From positions 16,846 to 80,845 of the forward strand of contig JBDKUE010000111.1 of NCBI GenBank assembly GCA_039679855.1: a DNA stretch of 64,000 bases. The letters run 5' to 3'. The notes under the pieces were generated by a model. It was not told where the DNA came from. It was given only the letters and a program-made list of their open reading frames with translations, and searched no databases. The number at the start of each line of letters is the position of its first letter. Positions within the stretch are counted from its first letter, which is position 1. The translations under genes were made by a program, and so were the position numbers. Positions 22,682 through 33,405 of the stretch are shown piece after piece. The DNA is from Syntrophomonas sp. GTDB taxonomy: Bacteria; Bacillota; Syntrophomonadia; Syntrophomonadales; Syntrophomonadaceae.

Positions 22682-23323
22682 CTAAAAAGCCTTTTTCCAA
22701 TCCTGCATGAACTTGTCTATACCCGCATCAGTCAACGGATGCCGAACCATCTGTTTAATTACCCCGTAGGGTATGGTGGCAATATGGGCGCCTATTTTAG
22801 CAGATTCAACGGCATGCATGGGATGCCTGATACTGGCCGCAATGACTTCCGTTTCCAGTGCAAACTGGTCAAAAATAACCATGATATCATGCAACAGGGT
22901 CAATCCGTCATTGGAAATATCATCAACCCGGCCAATAAAGGGACTGACATACCTGGCCCCGGCCCGGGCGGCCAGCAAGGCCTGCGCCGGTGAAAAGATC
23001 AGGGTGGCATTGGTGTTTACCCCCGCTTCATATAAGGTTCGAATGGCCTTAAGACCCTCTTCGGTCATGGGGATCTTGACTATCACCTTGGGGTGGATAG
23101 CGGCCAGGGCCTTGCCTTCTTCAACCATAGTCGAACAATCCAGGGCCAGAACTTCAGCACTTATGGGCCCGTCAACTATCCCGCAGATCTCCTTGACCAC
23201 CTCAGCATAATCCCGCTTTTCCTTGGCAACCAGACTGGGATTGGTAGTCACTCCAGATAAAAACCCCATCTGGTTTATTTCCCTTATTTCATCAATGTTA
23301 GCCGTATCTATAAATATTCTCAA
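22682..23323 (-). CDS. transaldolase / fructose-6-phosphate aldolase (TalC/Fsa subfamily)
   Basis: 213 aa short-type transaldolase ([13 protein letters not shown]..., Schiff-base Lys region VIVKIP). Confidence 0.9.
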   Translation of the reverse strand: MRIFIDTANIDEIREINQMGFLSGVTTNPSLVAKEKRDYAEVVKEICGIVDGPISAEVLALDCSTMVEEGKALAAIHPKVIVKIPMTEEGLKAIRTLYEAGVNTNATLIFSPAQALLAARAGARYVSPFIGRVDDISNDGLTLLHDIMVIFDQFALETEVIAASIRHPMHAVESAKIGAHIATIPYGVIKQMVRHPLTDAGIDKFMQDWKKAF

Positions 23324-23394
23324 GCTTTCACACTCCTTTTAAAAGGACCAGGGGCTCTTGCATAAACAACGGCTACAGGCTTAAAAAGCCGGTT

Positions 23395-24249
23395 CTAAGC
23401 GCGGCCAGCGCTGCCAAACAGGCGGATTTTTTCACGTATTATCTCTACCGTAGCATCCCGGGCCGGCCCCAGTATCTTGCGCGGGTCGATCTCGTTGGGA
23501 CTATCGGCTATAACTTTGCGCATCGCGCCTACGAAGGCCTCCCTGATATTGGTGTCGATGTTAACTTTGCGAACCCCAAGGGAAATTGCCTGACGGACCG
23601 CTTCATCAGGAACCCCGGAGGAGCCGTGTAAGACTATGGGAATATTGACCAGGGAACGTATTTTAGCCAGACGCTCAAAATCAAGCTTGGGCTCTCCCTT
23701 GTATTGTCCATGGGCGGTGCCTATAGCGATAGCCAGGCTCTTTATTTCGGTCTGCTCTACAAAATAGCGGGCTTCTTCCGGGTCGGTGTACATGGCTTCT
23801 TTTTCGCTTACGTGGACATGGTCCTCGGTACCTCCTATTTTGCCCAGTTCAGCTTCAACCGAAACGCCGACCGGGCTGGCAATACTGATGACCTTTTTGG
23901 TAAGGGCGATATTGTCTTCCAAAGGTAGTTTGGAGCCGTCATACATAACCGAGGTAAAACCACCCTTAATGCAATCCAGCACCTGATCGAAATCAGTGCC
24001 GTGATCCAGGTGTAGGGCTACCGGGACCGGGCTGGATTCAGCGGCAATTCTGACCATTCCGGTTATAAAGTTTAGACCGGCATATGAAATCGCCCCCTGA
24101 CTGGCCTGCATAATAACCGGAGCCTTCTCCATTTCCGCCGCCTTGAGGATGGCCTGTACTATTTCCATGTTGTTGGCGTTGAAGGCCCCTACCGCATATC
24201 CATCACGATCAGCCTTCAACAACAGTTCATTAACCGAAACCAATGGCAT
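23395..24249 (-). CDS. fba: class II fructose-1,6-bisphosphate aldolase
   Basis: 284 aa with the sequences YAVGAFN, HLDHG and VLHGSSG. Confidence 0.95.
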   Translation of the reverse strand: MPLVSVNELLLKADRDGYAVGAFNANNMEIVQAILKAAEMEKAPVIMQASQGAISYAGLNFITGMVRIAAESSPVPVALHLDHGTDFDQVLDCIKGGFTSVMYDGSKLPLEDNIALTKKVISIASPVGVSVEAELGKIGGTEDHVHVSEKEAMYTDPEEARYFVEQTEIKSLAIAIGTAHGQYKGEPKLDFERLAKIRSLVNIPIVLHGSSGVPDEAVRQAISLGVRKVNIDTNIREAFVGAMRKVIADSPNEIDPRKILGPARDATVEIIREKIRLFGSAGRA

Positions 24250-24276
24250 AAAGATTCACCTCTTGCAACCGTATTT

Positions 24277-24642
24277 TTAGGATACCTTTTCCATCATCTC
24301 ATTAACCATGTTTCTTAGGTCCATAATATCAAAGGGCTTGGTAATACACTTTTTCACCCCTGCATCCAGGGCCTTTTTGATAACATCCATCTCACCGTAG
24401 GCGGTCATCATGAGAATAGGCAGGTGGCTGTGCCTACGTAAAATTTCCTGTGATGCGTCCAGTCCATTCATATTGGGCATTTTCATGTCCATCAAGACAA
24501 CATGGGGAGATAATTCATCACATTTGGAAATGGCTTCTTTGCCGTCCGACGCTACGTACACATCCCAGCCATCCCTTTTGAATAACTCCTCAAGCAGCCG
24601 CCGAACTCCTTTCTGGTCATCAACAATTAAGATTTTCCACAA
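24277..24642 (-). CDS. spo0F: single-domain response regulator, Spo0F-like
   Basis: 121 aa receiver domain (ILIVDDQ, LMDMKMP, MTAYGE, KPF). The Bacillus spo0F-fba-tal-glpX-rho synteny is conserved. TTG start after AAGGTGG. Confidence 0.75.
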   Translation of the reverse strand: MWKILIVDDQKGVRRLLEELFKRDGWDVYVASDGKEAISKCDELSPHVVLMDMKMPNMNGLDASQEILRRHSHLPILMMTAYGEMDVIKKALDAGVKKCITKPFDIMDLRNMVNEMMEKVS

Positions 24643-24680
24643 TTCAAGCCACCTTCACCTTCCTGAGTTTTCCATATTTA

Positions 24681-24708
24681 GTTCTACACTGCATATGAGG
24701 AATCCTTC
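24681..24708 (-). promoter_or_regulatory. sigma-H-like promoter candidate upstream of spo0F
   Basis: Minus strand reads GAAGGATTC, 12 nt, GTAGAAC, resembling the Bacillus sigma-H consensus RNAGGAWWW, 11-12 nt, RNNGAAT. Confidence 0.3.
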
Positions 24709-24722
24709 TTGGACTTTTTAGC

Positions 24723-25280
24723 TTACCAGGCCAGGGACAAGCCGGCCAACAGAAGGACTGCCGTCAGGAAGAAAACGGCCAGGGGCGGCACTAAAAGCAG
24801 CAGCACCGATTGTCCGGTGTCCAAATCCAGTGATTCCCGCAGAGATAAAACCCCGAGAACCATAACCCAAATAGATATCACGAAGAGGCAAGCTGCACCT
24901 ACCCCCTCCATTCCCAGCAGGAAAAAAGTATAATAAACAGCGCCCCCCAGGACTCCGGGCAGGGCGGCAAAACTAAAACAAGCCAGTATGCCTGAAGGAT
25001 TGGACTTTTTGTAAATAATATCGGCCAGCAGTGACATTACTCCAGTCATAACAAATAAATTGATCAGGGCAAAAAAGACACTGAGAGCTCCCAGAGCCCA
25101 TCCAGCTCCCCCGGCCAGGATTGAATTGTCCCGGCTTGATTCCACCCCCTGATTGAATATAACCCCCAGCAGGGAAACCAGTATATAGAGGATCAGGCCT
25201 TTGGCTAGCGGTTTATCCTCACTAATCTGCCGAAGGGTAGCGGCCGGTTGGAAGAACACCCCATAGATGGCATCTGACAT
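24723..25280 (-). CDS. Yip1-family polytopic membrane protein
   Basis: Five TM helices. Start set at the ATG 9 nt after GGAGGAGG (MSDAIYGVFFQP...). The longer track ORF overlaps sppA. Confidence 0.5.
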   Translation of the reverse strand: MSDAIYGVFFQPAATLRQISEDKPLAKGLILYILVSLLGVIFNQGVESSRDNSILAGGAGWALGALSVFFALINLFVMTGVMSLLADIIYKKSNPSGILACFSFAALPGVLGGAVYYTFFLLGMEGVGAACLFVISIWVMVLGVLSLRESLDLDTGQSVLLLLVPPLAVFFLTAVLLLAGLSLAW

Positions 25281-25312
25281 TTTCATCTTCCTCCTCCCTT
25301 TAAGATCAGCAA

Positions 25313-26215
25313 TTAGTATCGCAATACCGGGCCCAGGCGCATTTGCAGCAAACTGCTCAATCCGCTGCCGCTCATCAGTTCTTCCCAAAAAAGAGTCTCA
25401 CCCAGTTCGACGCTTTTACCGTTTTCGTCCAGATTGGCCCTCTTCTGCGCCTCGCGGACGGCGTCATAATAATTGCCCAATCCGTCAACCAGCCCGTAGG
25501 CCTTGGCCTGCTTGCCGGTTAAAACCCGCCCGTCGGCTATACTCTTCAGCTGGGCCTGGTCTATTCTTCCCTGGCGGCCTTTGGCCACCTGGTCGACAAA
25601 CTGCTGGTAGGAATCCTGCACCATGTCCTGCAGCAGCTGCCTTTCCTCCGGTTTTAACTGCCGGCTGGCTGAGCCAATGTCTTTGTACTCTCCGCTCTTT
25701 ATGGCCTCCTGGCTTATACCCAGTTTTCCGTAAAGGCCCTCCAGATTGGTCAGTTCCATTATTACCCCAATACTGCCAGTCATAGTAGTTGAGTTGGCCA
25801 TGATATAATCAGTGCTGCAGGCTATCCAATAACCACCCGAGGCGCAGGTGTCTCCCATGGAGGTTACAACCGGTTTCCCCAGCGCTCTTAGTTTATCCAA
25901 TTCTATACCGATTTCCTGCGCTGAAACCGCACTTCCACCGGGACTGTTGATCCTCAATACCACTGCCTTGATGTCGTCTCGCCGGGCAGCTTCACGAATA
26001 GCGGTCAGCACTTCATCGGTGCTGGTCTGAGTACCCGACCAGCTGGCGGAGGAATCGCCGGTTATGGCCCCTTCCACCCTGATGATGCCCACCGCGTCCC
26101 CCCGGGAGAGTTTGCCCGAGGCCTGACGGTTGGGCCCAAATACGGCCCGTAATGAGAGTATACTCATCAAAAGCAAAAAGATGGTAAAGGCTGCTACAAA
26201 GGCTTTTTTCCCCAT
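25313..26215 (-). CDS. sppA: signal peptide peptidase SppA (36K type)
   Basis: 300 aa with an N-terminal TM helix, the ClpP/crotonase-fold sequence INSPGGS, and SGGYWIA around the catalytic Ser. Confidence 0.9.
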   Translation of the reverse strand: MGKKAFVAAFTIFLLLMSILSLRAVFGPNRQASGKLSRGDAVGIIRVEGAITGDSSASWSGTQTSTDEVLTAIREAARRDDIKAVVLRINSPGGSAVSAQEIGIELDKLRALGKPVVTSMGDTCASGGYWIACSTDYIMANSTTMTGSIGVIMELTNLEGLYGKLGISQEAIKSGEYKDIGSASRQLKPEERQLLQDMVQDSYQQFVDQVAKGRQGRIDQAQLKSIADGRVLTGKQAKAYGLVDGLGNYYDAVREAQKRANLDENGKSVELGETLFWEELMSGSGLSSLLQMRLGPVLRY

Positions 26216-26228
26216 CCGTCAAACCTCC

Positions 26229-27404
26229 TTATATAAACGTGGTCGCGTCTTCGCTGGCCACTTTGCCTGCAACGCCGTCTTTAACATACAACCTGACTAT
26301 GTTTTTGGCTGCCAGGGTTTTGCGAACCGGCAGTTCCAACTCGTCTCCAACCCTTATGTCGGCTTCGGGAGGAAATTCCACCAGGGCCATCTGCATAAAT
26401 ACTTTCCCCCGGATCGGATATTCAATGCCTTTTATAATGATATTCAACCTGAACCGGGGCCAATTAAAATAAACCAGTATCTGACGGGCCATCCCCTTGA
26501 GCAGGTCGACAAATCCAGCTGGGGGATTGGCAACCTCAAGGGCCAGACCATCATTGAATCCCACCGGCACAACTCCAATGAGCGCCTGTTTTTTCAAGCG
26601 GTAGGTCCTAAAATACCCAAGATAGCTTCCCTTCTCCAGCCAGCGCAGAGATACAATCCGGCTTTTAAACCGGTAGGGGTCCTTAAGAGACAGACGCCGC
26701 TCAAAATTACCGACCGGATGCTGTCCTGACAGCAGCGTTCCTATTCTTACTGCATCCAGGTGCATCTGGGGGTATTTTAAAAACACCGCGCTGTTGGCAC
26801 AGTGCTGCAGGGGAATTCTGATGCCAGCCTGCTCCAGATAACGAACTGTTTCCAAAAAGAGTTCAAACTGCCTGGCAGTATAGGCGGTCTGCCCCGCCGC
26901 ATCGGCCATATGGGTGTAGATTCCTTCTAAATATATGTTGCTGCAGCTATTTAATTCCTGGGCGAGTTCGATTAGCTCCTGGGAGCTCAGGCCGAATCGG
27001 CCCAGTCCAGTATCCAGTTTCAAATGTATAGTGGCGGATTTTCGCATCTCCTGAGTCACTTTGATCAGACGCGCGGCTTCCTCCCGAGAGGCGATCGTGA
27101 TGGTTATCGAGTTCTCAATAGCTTCAGCAGCCTGTTCTTCATCTACCAGGGGACTAAAGACCAGTATGTTGGAGGGAATGCCGGCTTTACGCAATTGAAT
27201 GGCTTCGTACAGAAAGGTGACCGCGAAGAAATCCACACCCTGTTGGTTGAGCAAGCGGGCGATGTCGCGCGCTCCCTGCCCGTAGGCTTCGGCTTTTAGT
27301 ACAGCAATCAGTATGGCCTTTTGGTCCAGAATGGAGCGAACCTGCTCTAGATTATTCCTTACCGCGTCTATATCGATTTCTATCCATTTGTCCAGTTTAT
27401 GCAT
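26229..27404 (-). CDS. alanine racemase-family PLP enzyme, divergent with an insertion
   Basis: N-terminal PLP-Lys motif AVLKAEAYGQGA. The C-terminal barrel carries an extra ~30 aa and reads GKVFMQM where canonical Alr has GRVCMDQ. Confidence 0.7.
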   Translation of the reverse strand: MHKLDKWIEIDIDAVRNNLEQVRSILDQKAILIAVLKAEAYGQGARDIARLLNQQGVDFFAVTFLYEAIQLRKAGIPSNILVFSPLVDEEQAAEAIENSITITIASREEAARLIKVTQEMRKSATIHLKLDTGLGRFGLSSQELIELAQELNSCSNIYLEGIYTHMADAAGQTAYTARQFELFLETVRYLEQAGIRIPLQHCANSAVFLKYPQMHLDAVRIGTLLSGQHPVGNFERRLSLKDPYRFKSRIVSLRWLEKGSYLGYFRTYRLKKQALIGVVPVGFNDGLALEVANPPAGFVDLLKGMARQILVYFNWPRFRLNIIIKGIEYPIRGKVFMQMALVEFPPEADIRVGDELELPVRKTLAAKNIVRLYVKDGVAGKVASEDATTFI

Positions 27405-28486
27405 TATCCGTCACCCTGACCCGCCCGGGCCCGGCTCCGTCCCAATCGCAGATACAACGGCAGCACCCGGGTCCATAAAAAATCAAAAAAGCGTGAATAT
27501 ACCATATCCCATTCTCCGATAAATTCGGTGAATTCTCCATTAAACCCCTTTTTAAATCTATATAAGCCATAGAGAGGATTGTCCTCATTGAGATCCCCGG
27601 ACACTCCCCGGAAGTCATAGAGCGTACCGCCGTTTCGGCGCGCCCAGCGAATCATTTCCCACTGGATTAGATAATTTGGCATTACATTTCGGTATTCATT
27701 GCTGGATGCCCCGTATAGATACCAGGCTTTTTCCCCCAGTATCAGGGCCAGAGTGCCGGCTATAACCTGTCCCTGGTAATCAGCCAGGAAAATTCTAGCA
27801 TACCCGGTCTCAACCAGGTAGTCCCACATCCACTCAAAGTACTCATATCCGCGGACCAGAAAATGATCGCGGCTGGCTGTATCTAAAAGTATCTGATAAA
27901 AGACCTGCAGGTCTTTTTTGTCTACCGCTTCCCTGATATCGACGCCCTTTTTTTCCGCCAGCCTGATATTATAGCGCCATTTGGCATGCATGTTGGCCAG
28001 CAGCACGTCTTCATCGGGCCTTATATCCAGACGGAAGACAAAATTGGGCTGCACTCCTTCAAAGTCCAGCCCGGTCTCATTATGACGGCATCCCAGGCTC
28101 CGCAAAACTTCAGCCCACTCAATATTTTCCTTGGGAACATCGGGATCGAACTTGAGAAAAATAGCGCCTTCATCCCTGGCCGCCCGACGGGCCCCGTCAA
28201 AAAGCAGCCGGCATAATTGGCGGTTATTTATATCCACCACCGGTCCGCGGGGGGAATAAAAAATGCATTTCTTAATAAAGGGGAGGGGGATCCTTCGCTT
28301 CAAAATGAGCATAGCGGCCCTTATCCGGCCATCTTCTTCCAGGACCAGGGCGAGCGGCTCCCACCCCATGCCCTTTTTGACCTGCCCCCATTCCCACAAC
28401 TGCAGGAAGTGCCCTTTGGGATGATTCGCTACAAATTGATTGTAGCGCTCTTTTTCTTTACTATCGATAATCCGGGTGGTAAACAT
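27404..28486 (-). CDS. FemAB-family peptidoglycan interpeptide-bridge aminoacyltransferase
   Basis: 360 aa FemX/lipid II glycyltransferase-like protein (HFLQLWEWGQVK ... LYDFRGV). Its stop overlaps the alr-family start by 1 nt. Confidence 0.85.
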   Translation of the reverse strand: MFTTRIIDSKEKERYNQFVANHPKGHFLQLWEWGQVKKGMGWEPLALVLEEDGRIRAAMLILKRRIPLPFIKKCIFYSPRGPVVDINNRQLCRLLFDGARRAARDEGAIFLKFDPDVPKENIEWAEVLRSLGCRHNETGLDFEGVQPNFVFRLDIRPDEDVLLANMHAKWRYNIRLAEKKGVDIREAVDKKDLQVFYQILLDTASRDHFLVRGYEYFEWMWDYLVETGYARIFLADYQGQVIAGTLALILGEKAWYLYGASSNEYRNVMPNYLIQWEMIRWARRNGGTLYDFRGVSGDLNEDNPLYGLYRFKKGFNGEFTEFIGEWDMVYSRFFDFLWTRVLPLYLRLGRSRARAGQGDG

Positions 28487-28593
28487 TATTATCTCCTTAA
28501 TGCTAAGTTTCGCCCGATATTCACATGCCTATGCCGCGGTTTGAATCAACCCAAAACCGCGGTCTAGTTCTAATATAGTCAAATTAATCAGCC

Positions 28594-30237
<1,644 letters not shown>

Positions 30238-30239
30238 TC

Positions 30240-30275
30240 AAAAAAAACGTAACACTTGCTGAAATACTTTACCGG
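30240..30275 (-). terminator. candidate leader attenuator of pyrG
   Basis: On the minus strand a weak bulged stem (CGGUAA / UUACG) is followed by a U8 run, about 30 nt upstream of the pyrG start. Confidence 0.35.
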
Positions 30276-30309
30276 GAACCGACGCTCCCCTTGAAGCTTT
30301 AACATTAGA

Positions 30310-30339
30310 ATTTTACCCTCTTTGATAAGAGGTGGTCAA
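30310..30339 (-). promoter_or_regulatory. sigma-A promoter of pyrG
   Basis: Minus strand reads TTGACC, 18 nt, TAAAAT. Confidence 0.55.
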
Positions 30340-30342
30340 CTG

Positions 30343-30541
30343 GTACCCTGTTAACTCTAATTGTGTATTTTCACAATTTAAGGACAAGGCGGCTGCTCCT
30401 TGCCGTCCTGGCACCGCCGCACTTGCCCGTCCCTGGGCTTCGTTTTTCATCGCACTACTGCTCGTATTGTGATTAAAAACAACGCAGTCATACGGGAATT
30501 TGGCCGACGAGGAAAATATAGAATTAGAGTTGGCAGGGTAC
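30343..30541 (+). mobile_element. MITE-like palindromic element, copy B (divergent, 199 bp)
   Basis: Ends GTACCCTGTTAACTCTAATTGTGTAT ... ATATAGAATTAGAGTTGGCAGGGTAC, with one core unit GCTCCTTGCCGTCCTGGCACCGCCGC.... About 70% identical to copies A and C. Confidence 0.75.
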
Positions 30542-30542
30542 T

Positions 30543-31172
30543 CTACAGATAGTCCAAAACTATGACCCTTGTTTCTCCCTGCAAATCTTCGCCATTTACA
30601 TCCAAAAAGGGCCTTTTTACAACCCTGGCAAATTTACTGATAAATGCTTCAACCGGAGTAATGGGAAGGTTTATGTGGGGAGTCTTAAAATGCATCGGTA
30701 TCACGATCGATGGATTAATCTGCTCCAGGACCTGTTTGGCCTGGTCTGCGTCAATCGTGTATGTTCCACCCACCGGCAAAAGCAGGATGTCGATCTTGCC
30801 CAAAGCCTCCAGCTGCGCCGGGCTCAGAAGATGCCCCAGGTCTCCCAAATGAGCCAGGGTTAAACCTTCCGCTTTCATCCGGTAAATTATATTCTGGCCT
30901 CGCAGGGCACCTTTCTTCTGGTCATGATAGGATGCCACCCCTTTTATGCTTATTTCGCCAAGATCGAAATCGCCCACCTGTTTTATGACCAGGGGATTTC
31001 CGGAAAGGTTTTGCCAGGCGTTGTGATCATTGTGGTTATGACTTACTGTAACTATGTCAGCCGTATCTCGAATGGGTGGATAGCCGTAACTATCCGCAAA
31101 AGGATCGGTAACGATAGTCTTCCCTGAGCATTCAATAAAAAAGCAGGCGTGGCCTTTCCATTTAATTTTCAT
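30543..31172 (-). CDS. MBL-fold metallo-hydrolase
   Basis: HxHxDH motif (SHNHNDHN). Start at the ATG 6 nt after GGGAGGAAG (MKIKWKGHACFFIE). Confidence 0.8.
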   Translation of the reverse strand: MKIKWKGHACFFIECSGKTIVTDPFADSYGYPPIRDTADIVTVSHNHNDHNAWQNLSGNPLVIKQVGDFDLGEISIKGVASYHDQKKGALRGQNIIYRMKAEGLTLAHLGDLGHLLSPAQLEALGKIDILLLPVGGTYTIDADQAKQVLEQINPSIVIPMHFKTPHINLPITPVEAFISKFARVVKRPFLDVNGEDLQGETRVIVLDYL

Positions 31173-31251
31173 TTTAGCTTCCTCCCTGGCAGGCCCGACT
31201 TGTACGGCCGAGAGCGGCCTGATTAACGCCACCCAAATTCTTAAGGGTTCT

Positions 31252-31494
31252 TTAGTCTTTATGGTCCTTTAACGGACGGTTAGTATCATAATACCAGTAG
31301 CCGTCGCCCTGATAAACCAGCCGGTTGTCCAAATTGAACCGGGTATACATAGAAGTCAAATTTTCAGGATCATCTCTTTTCCCCATGCGCGCGGCTACCT
31401 CACGTACTAAATCCATGCAATATATGGGCTGCTGTTTCTCTACTAAAATATCGACGGCCCAATCGATCTCACTCTTTCGTCTCTGCATTTTCAT
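31252..31494 (-). CDS. RNA polymerase delta-subunit-like HARE-HTH protein lacking the acidic tail
   Basis: About 78-80 aa resembling the RpoE N-terminal domain, in the Bacillus rpoE-pyrG neighbourhood. The start may be the ATG at 31488, 6 nt after GGAGGG. Confidence 0.55.
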   Translation of the reverse strand: MKMQRRKSEIDWAVDILVEKQQPIYCMDLVREVAARMGKRDDPENLTSMYTRFNLDNRLVYQGDGYWYYDTNRPLKDHKD

Positions 31495-31499
31495 CCCTC

Positions 31500-33182
31500 C
31501 TACATCTGTTCCGGTGCCGCAACACCTAATATACCACGCCCGTTTTGGATGGTAATCCGGGTGACCATTAGCAGCAAGAGCCTGGCCTTCTGTAATTCCG
31601 GGTCTTCATTTAACACCCGGTGATGGTTATAATAGCTGTGGAATAAGCCGGCCAAATCCATCACATAACGGGCCATGCGGTGGGGGGCCACGGTACGGGC
31701 GGCAATGGCAATTTCCTCAGGGAATTCGGCTATCTTACGCAATAAGGCTAGTTCATCTTCTTCATTCAAAAGCAACGCATCAACCTCATCAATGGACGGC
31801 AGGGCTGCATTATAGGCTGCTGCTTGACGGAAAACGCTGCATATCCGGGCATGAGCATACTGGACGTAGTAGACCGGGTTTTCCAAACTCTTCTGTTTGG
31901 CCAGTTCCAGGTCGAAATCCAGATGACTGTCCGGGCTGCGCATGACGAAAGTAAAGCGTGCCGCATCCCGGCCAACTTCTTCGATCAACTCGTCCAATGA
32001 AATGGTGGTTCCGGTTCTCTTGGACATGCGCACCAGGGTTCCGCCGCGGTACAGGCGCACCAACTGCATCAAAAGGATTTCCAGGGCGGCAGGATCATAG
32101 CCCAGAGCCTGCATAGCTCCCTTCATCCGCGCCACGTGGCCGTGATGATCAGCCCCCCAGATGTTTATCACCCAGTCAAAACCCCTTTTGAATTTGTCCA
32201 GGTGATAGGCAATATCAGCCGCAAAATAGTTGGGTATGCCATTGGCTCTTTTTAAAACCTCATCTTTTTCATCACCAAACTCGGAAGACTTAAACCACAG
32301 GGCGCCTTCCTTCTCATAAACAAATCCCTTTTCCTTGAGTTGATCGATCACCAAATCCACCTGCCCGGTTTCATGAAGTGATCGTTCGCTAAACCAGACG
32401 TCATATTCGATGCCAAAGTTTTTCAGGGTATTTTTTATATAATCGATCTTTTCGGTCAGGGCAAAGTCCAGCATAATCTGGCGGCGGGCCGTACTTTCCA
32501 TATCCAGCAGGCTGTCCTCATAAGTGCTTATAATGTTGCGCACTGTCTCGATTACATCCTGCCCGGCGTAGCCGTCTTCGGGAAATTTAACATCAAATCC
32601 CTTGAGCTGCAGGTAGCGGGCTTCCAGTGATTCGGCAAAGACCTCCACCTGGTTGCCGGCATCGTTTATGTAAAACTCCCGCTCGACACTGTATCCAGCT
32701 CGATCCAGGATATTGGCCAAGGTATCTCCCAGAGCACCACCCCGGGCGTTGCCCATATGCAGATTGCCGGTAGGGTTGGCGCTGACGAACTCAACCTGCA
32801 CCCTCTGATTTTTACTCTCATTTCTGCCATAGTCCTCACCCAGCTTGACAACCAGGGCCGGCACTTCAAAAAGCCAGTCATTGCTCAGGTAAAAATTGAT
32901 AAAACCCGCTCCGGCCGCCTCGACCTTTTCCACCCCGGCAGGACGGGCAGCCTTTATAATTCCCACTAAAATTTCAGCAATCTGGCGGGGCGCCATCCGG
33001 GCCTGGCGGGCCAGCAGCATGGCTGCATTGCAGGCAAAATCCCCATGACCCTTCTCCCGGGGTACCTCGATTACAAAATCTGGCACCGTACTAAAGCTGA
33101 GCAACTCTTGCCGCTTGGCCTCCTCCAGAGCCTTGGTAACCAACTGCACTAAACTTGTTTTTATCTTTTGGACCGGATCCAT
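31500..33182 (-). CDS. argS: arginyl-tRNA synthetase
   Basis: HIGH-type motif ([14 protein letters not shown]) and KMSK-type motif (MSKRTG). Start at the ATG 6 nt after AGGAGG (MDPVQKIK); the 30-aa track extension was discarded. Confidence 0.95.
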   Translation of the reverse strand: MDPVQKIKTSLVQLVTKALEEAKRQELLSFSTVPDFVIEVPREKGHGDFACNAAMLLARQARMAPRQIAEILVGIIKAARPAGVEKVEAAGAGFINFYLSNDWLFEVPALVVKLGEDYGRNESKNQRVQVEFVSANPTGNLHMGNARGGALGDTLANILDRAGYSVEREFYINDAGNQVEVFAESLEARYLQLKGFDVKFPEDGYAGQDVIETVRNIISTYEDSLLDMESTARRQIMLDFALTEKIDYIKNTLKNFGIEYDVWFSERSLHETGQVDLVIDQLKEKGFVYEKEGALWFKSSEFGDEKDEVLKRANGIPNYFAADIAYHLDKFKRGFDWVINIWGADHHGHVARMKGAMQALGYDPAALEILLMQLVRLYRGGTLVRMSKRTGTTISLDELIEEVGRDAARFTFVMRSPDSHLDFDLELAKQKSLENPVYYVQYAHARICSVFRQAAAYNAALPSIDEVDALLLNEEDELALLRKIAEFPEEIAIAARTVAPHRMARYVMDLAGLFHSYYNHHRVLNEDPELQKARLLLLMVTRITIQNGRGILGVAAPEQM

Positions 33183-33370
33183 GGAAATCCTCCTTCTATT
33201 CTTCCTCCTAATTTTTTTCATTAGGAAGACTGCATATACCAGTTGCTGATTATATATTTTCGAAAGGTTCAATAATGATTAAGTAGGAACAACGCTATAT
33301 TTTAGCCTACTTTTACCATTAAGACAAGGCTCTGGCCGGTGAATCCCGCAAAAACCTATTTTCCTCATTA

Positions 33371-33405
33371 AAAAATAAATCCGGGGAGCTAGCCCCCCGG
33401 ATTTA
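33371..33405 (-). terminator. rho-independent terminator after the M1 peptidase gene
   Basis: 10-bp stem AAATCCGGGG / CCCCGGATTT followed on the minus strand by AUUUUUU. The TAG stop at 33389-33391 sits in the loop. Confidence 0.8.

Noticed and set aside
33183-33272. N-terminal extensions in the ORF track (argS +30 aa, rpmE +16, glyA +12, glpX +13, atpE +8, XRE +20, MBL 30543 +20, YycJ-like +46, TetR +7, ABC +6, HlyD +11)
   Set aside because: In each case an internal ATG or GTG is preceded by a good Shine-Dalgarno at 5-9 nt and matches the conserved family N-terminus. The extension overlaps the upstream gene or contains the RBS itself.
33183-33388. T-box leader upstream of argS (and similarly the 104-nt region upstream of glnS, 60640-60743)
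   Set aside because: I found no T-box consensus (AAnnnGGGUGGUACCGCG), no specifier-loop context and no terminator/antiterminator pair. The glnS spacer is too short for a T-box.
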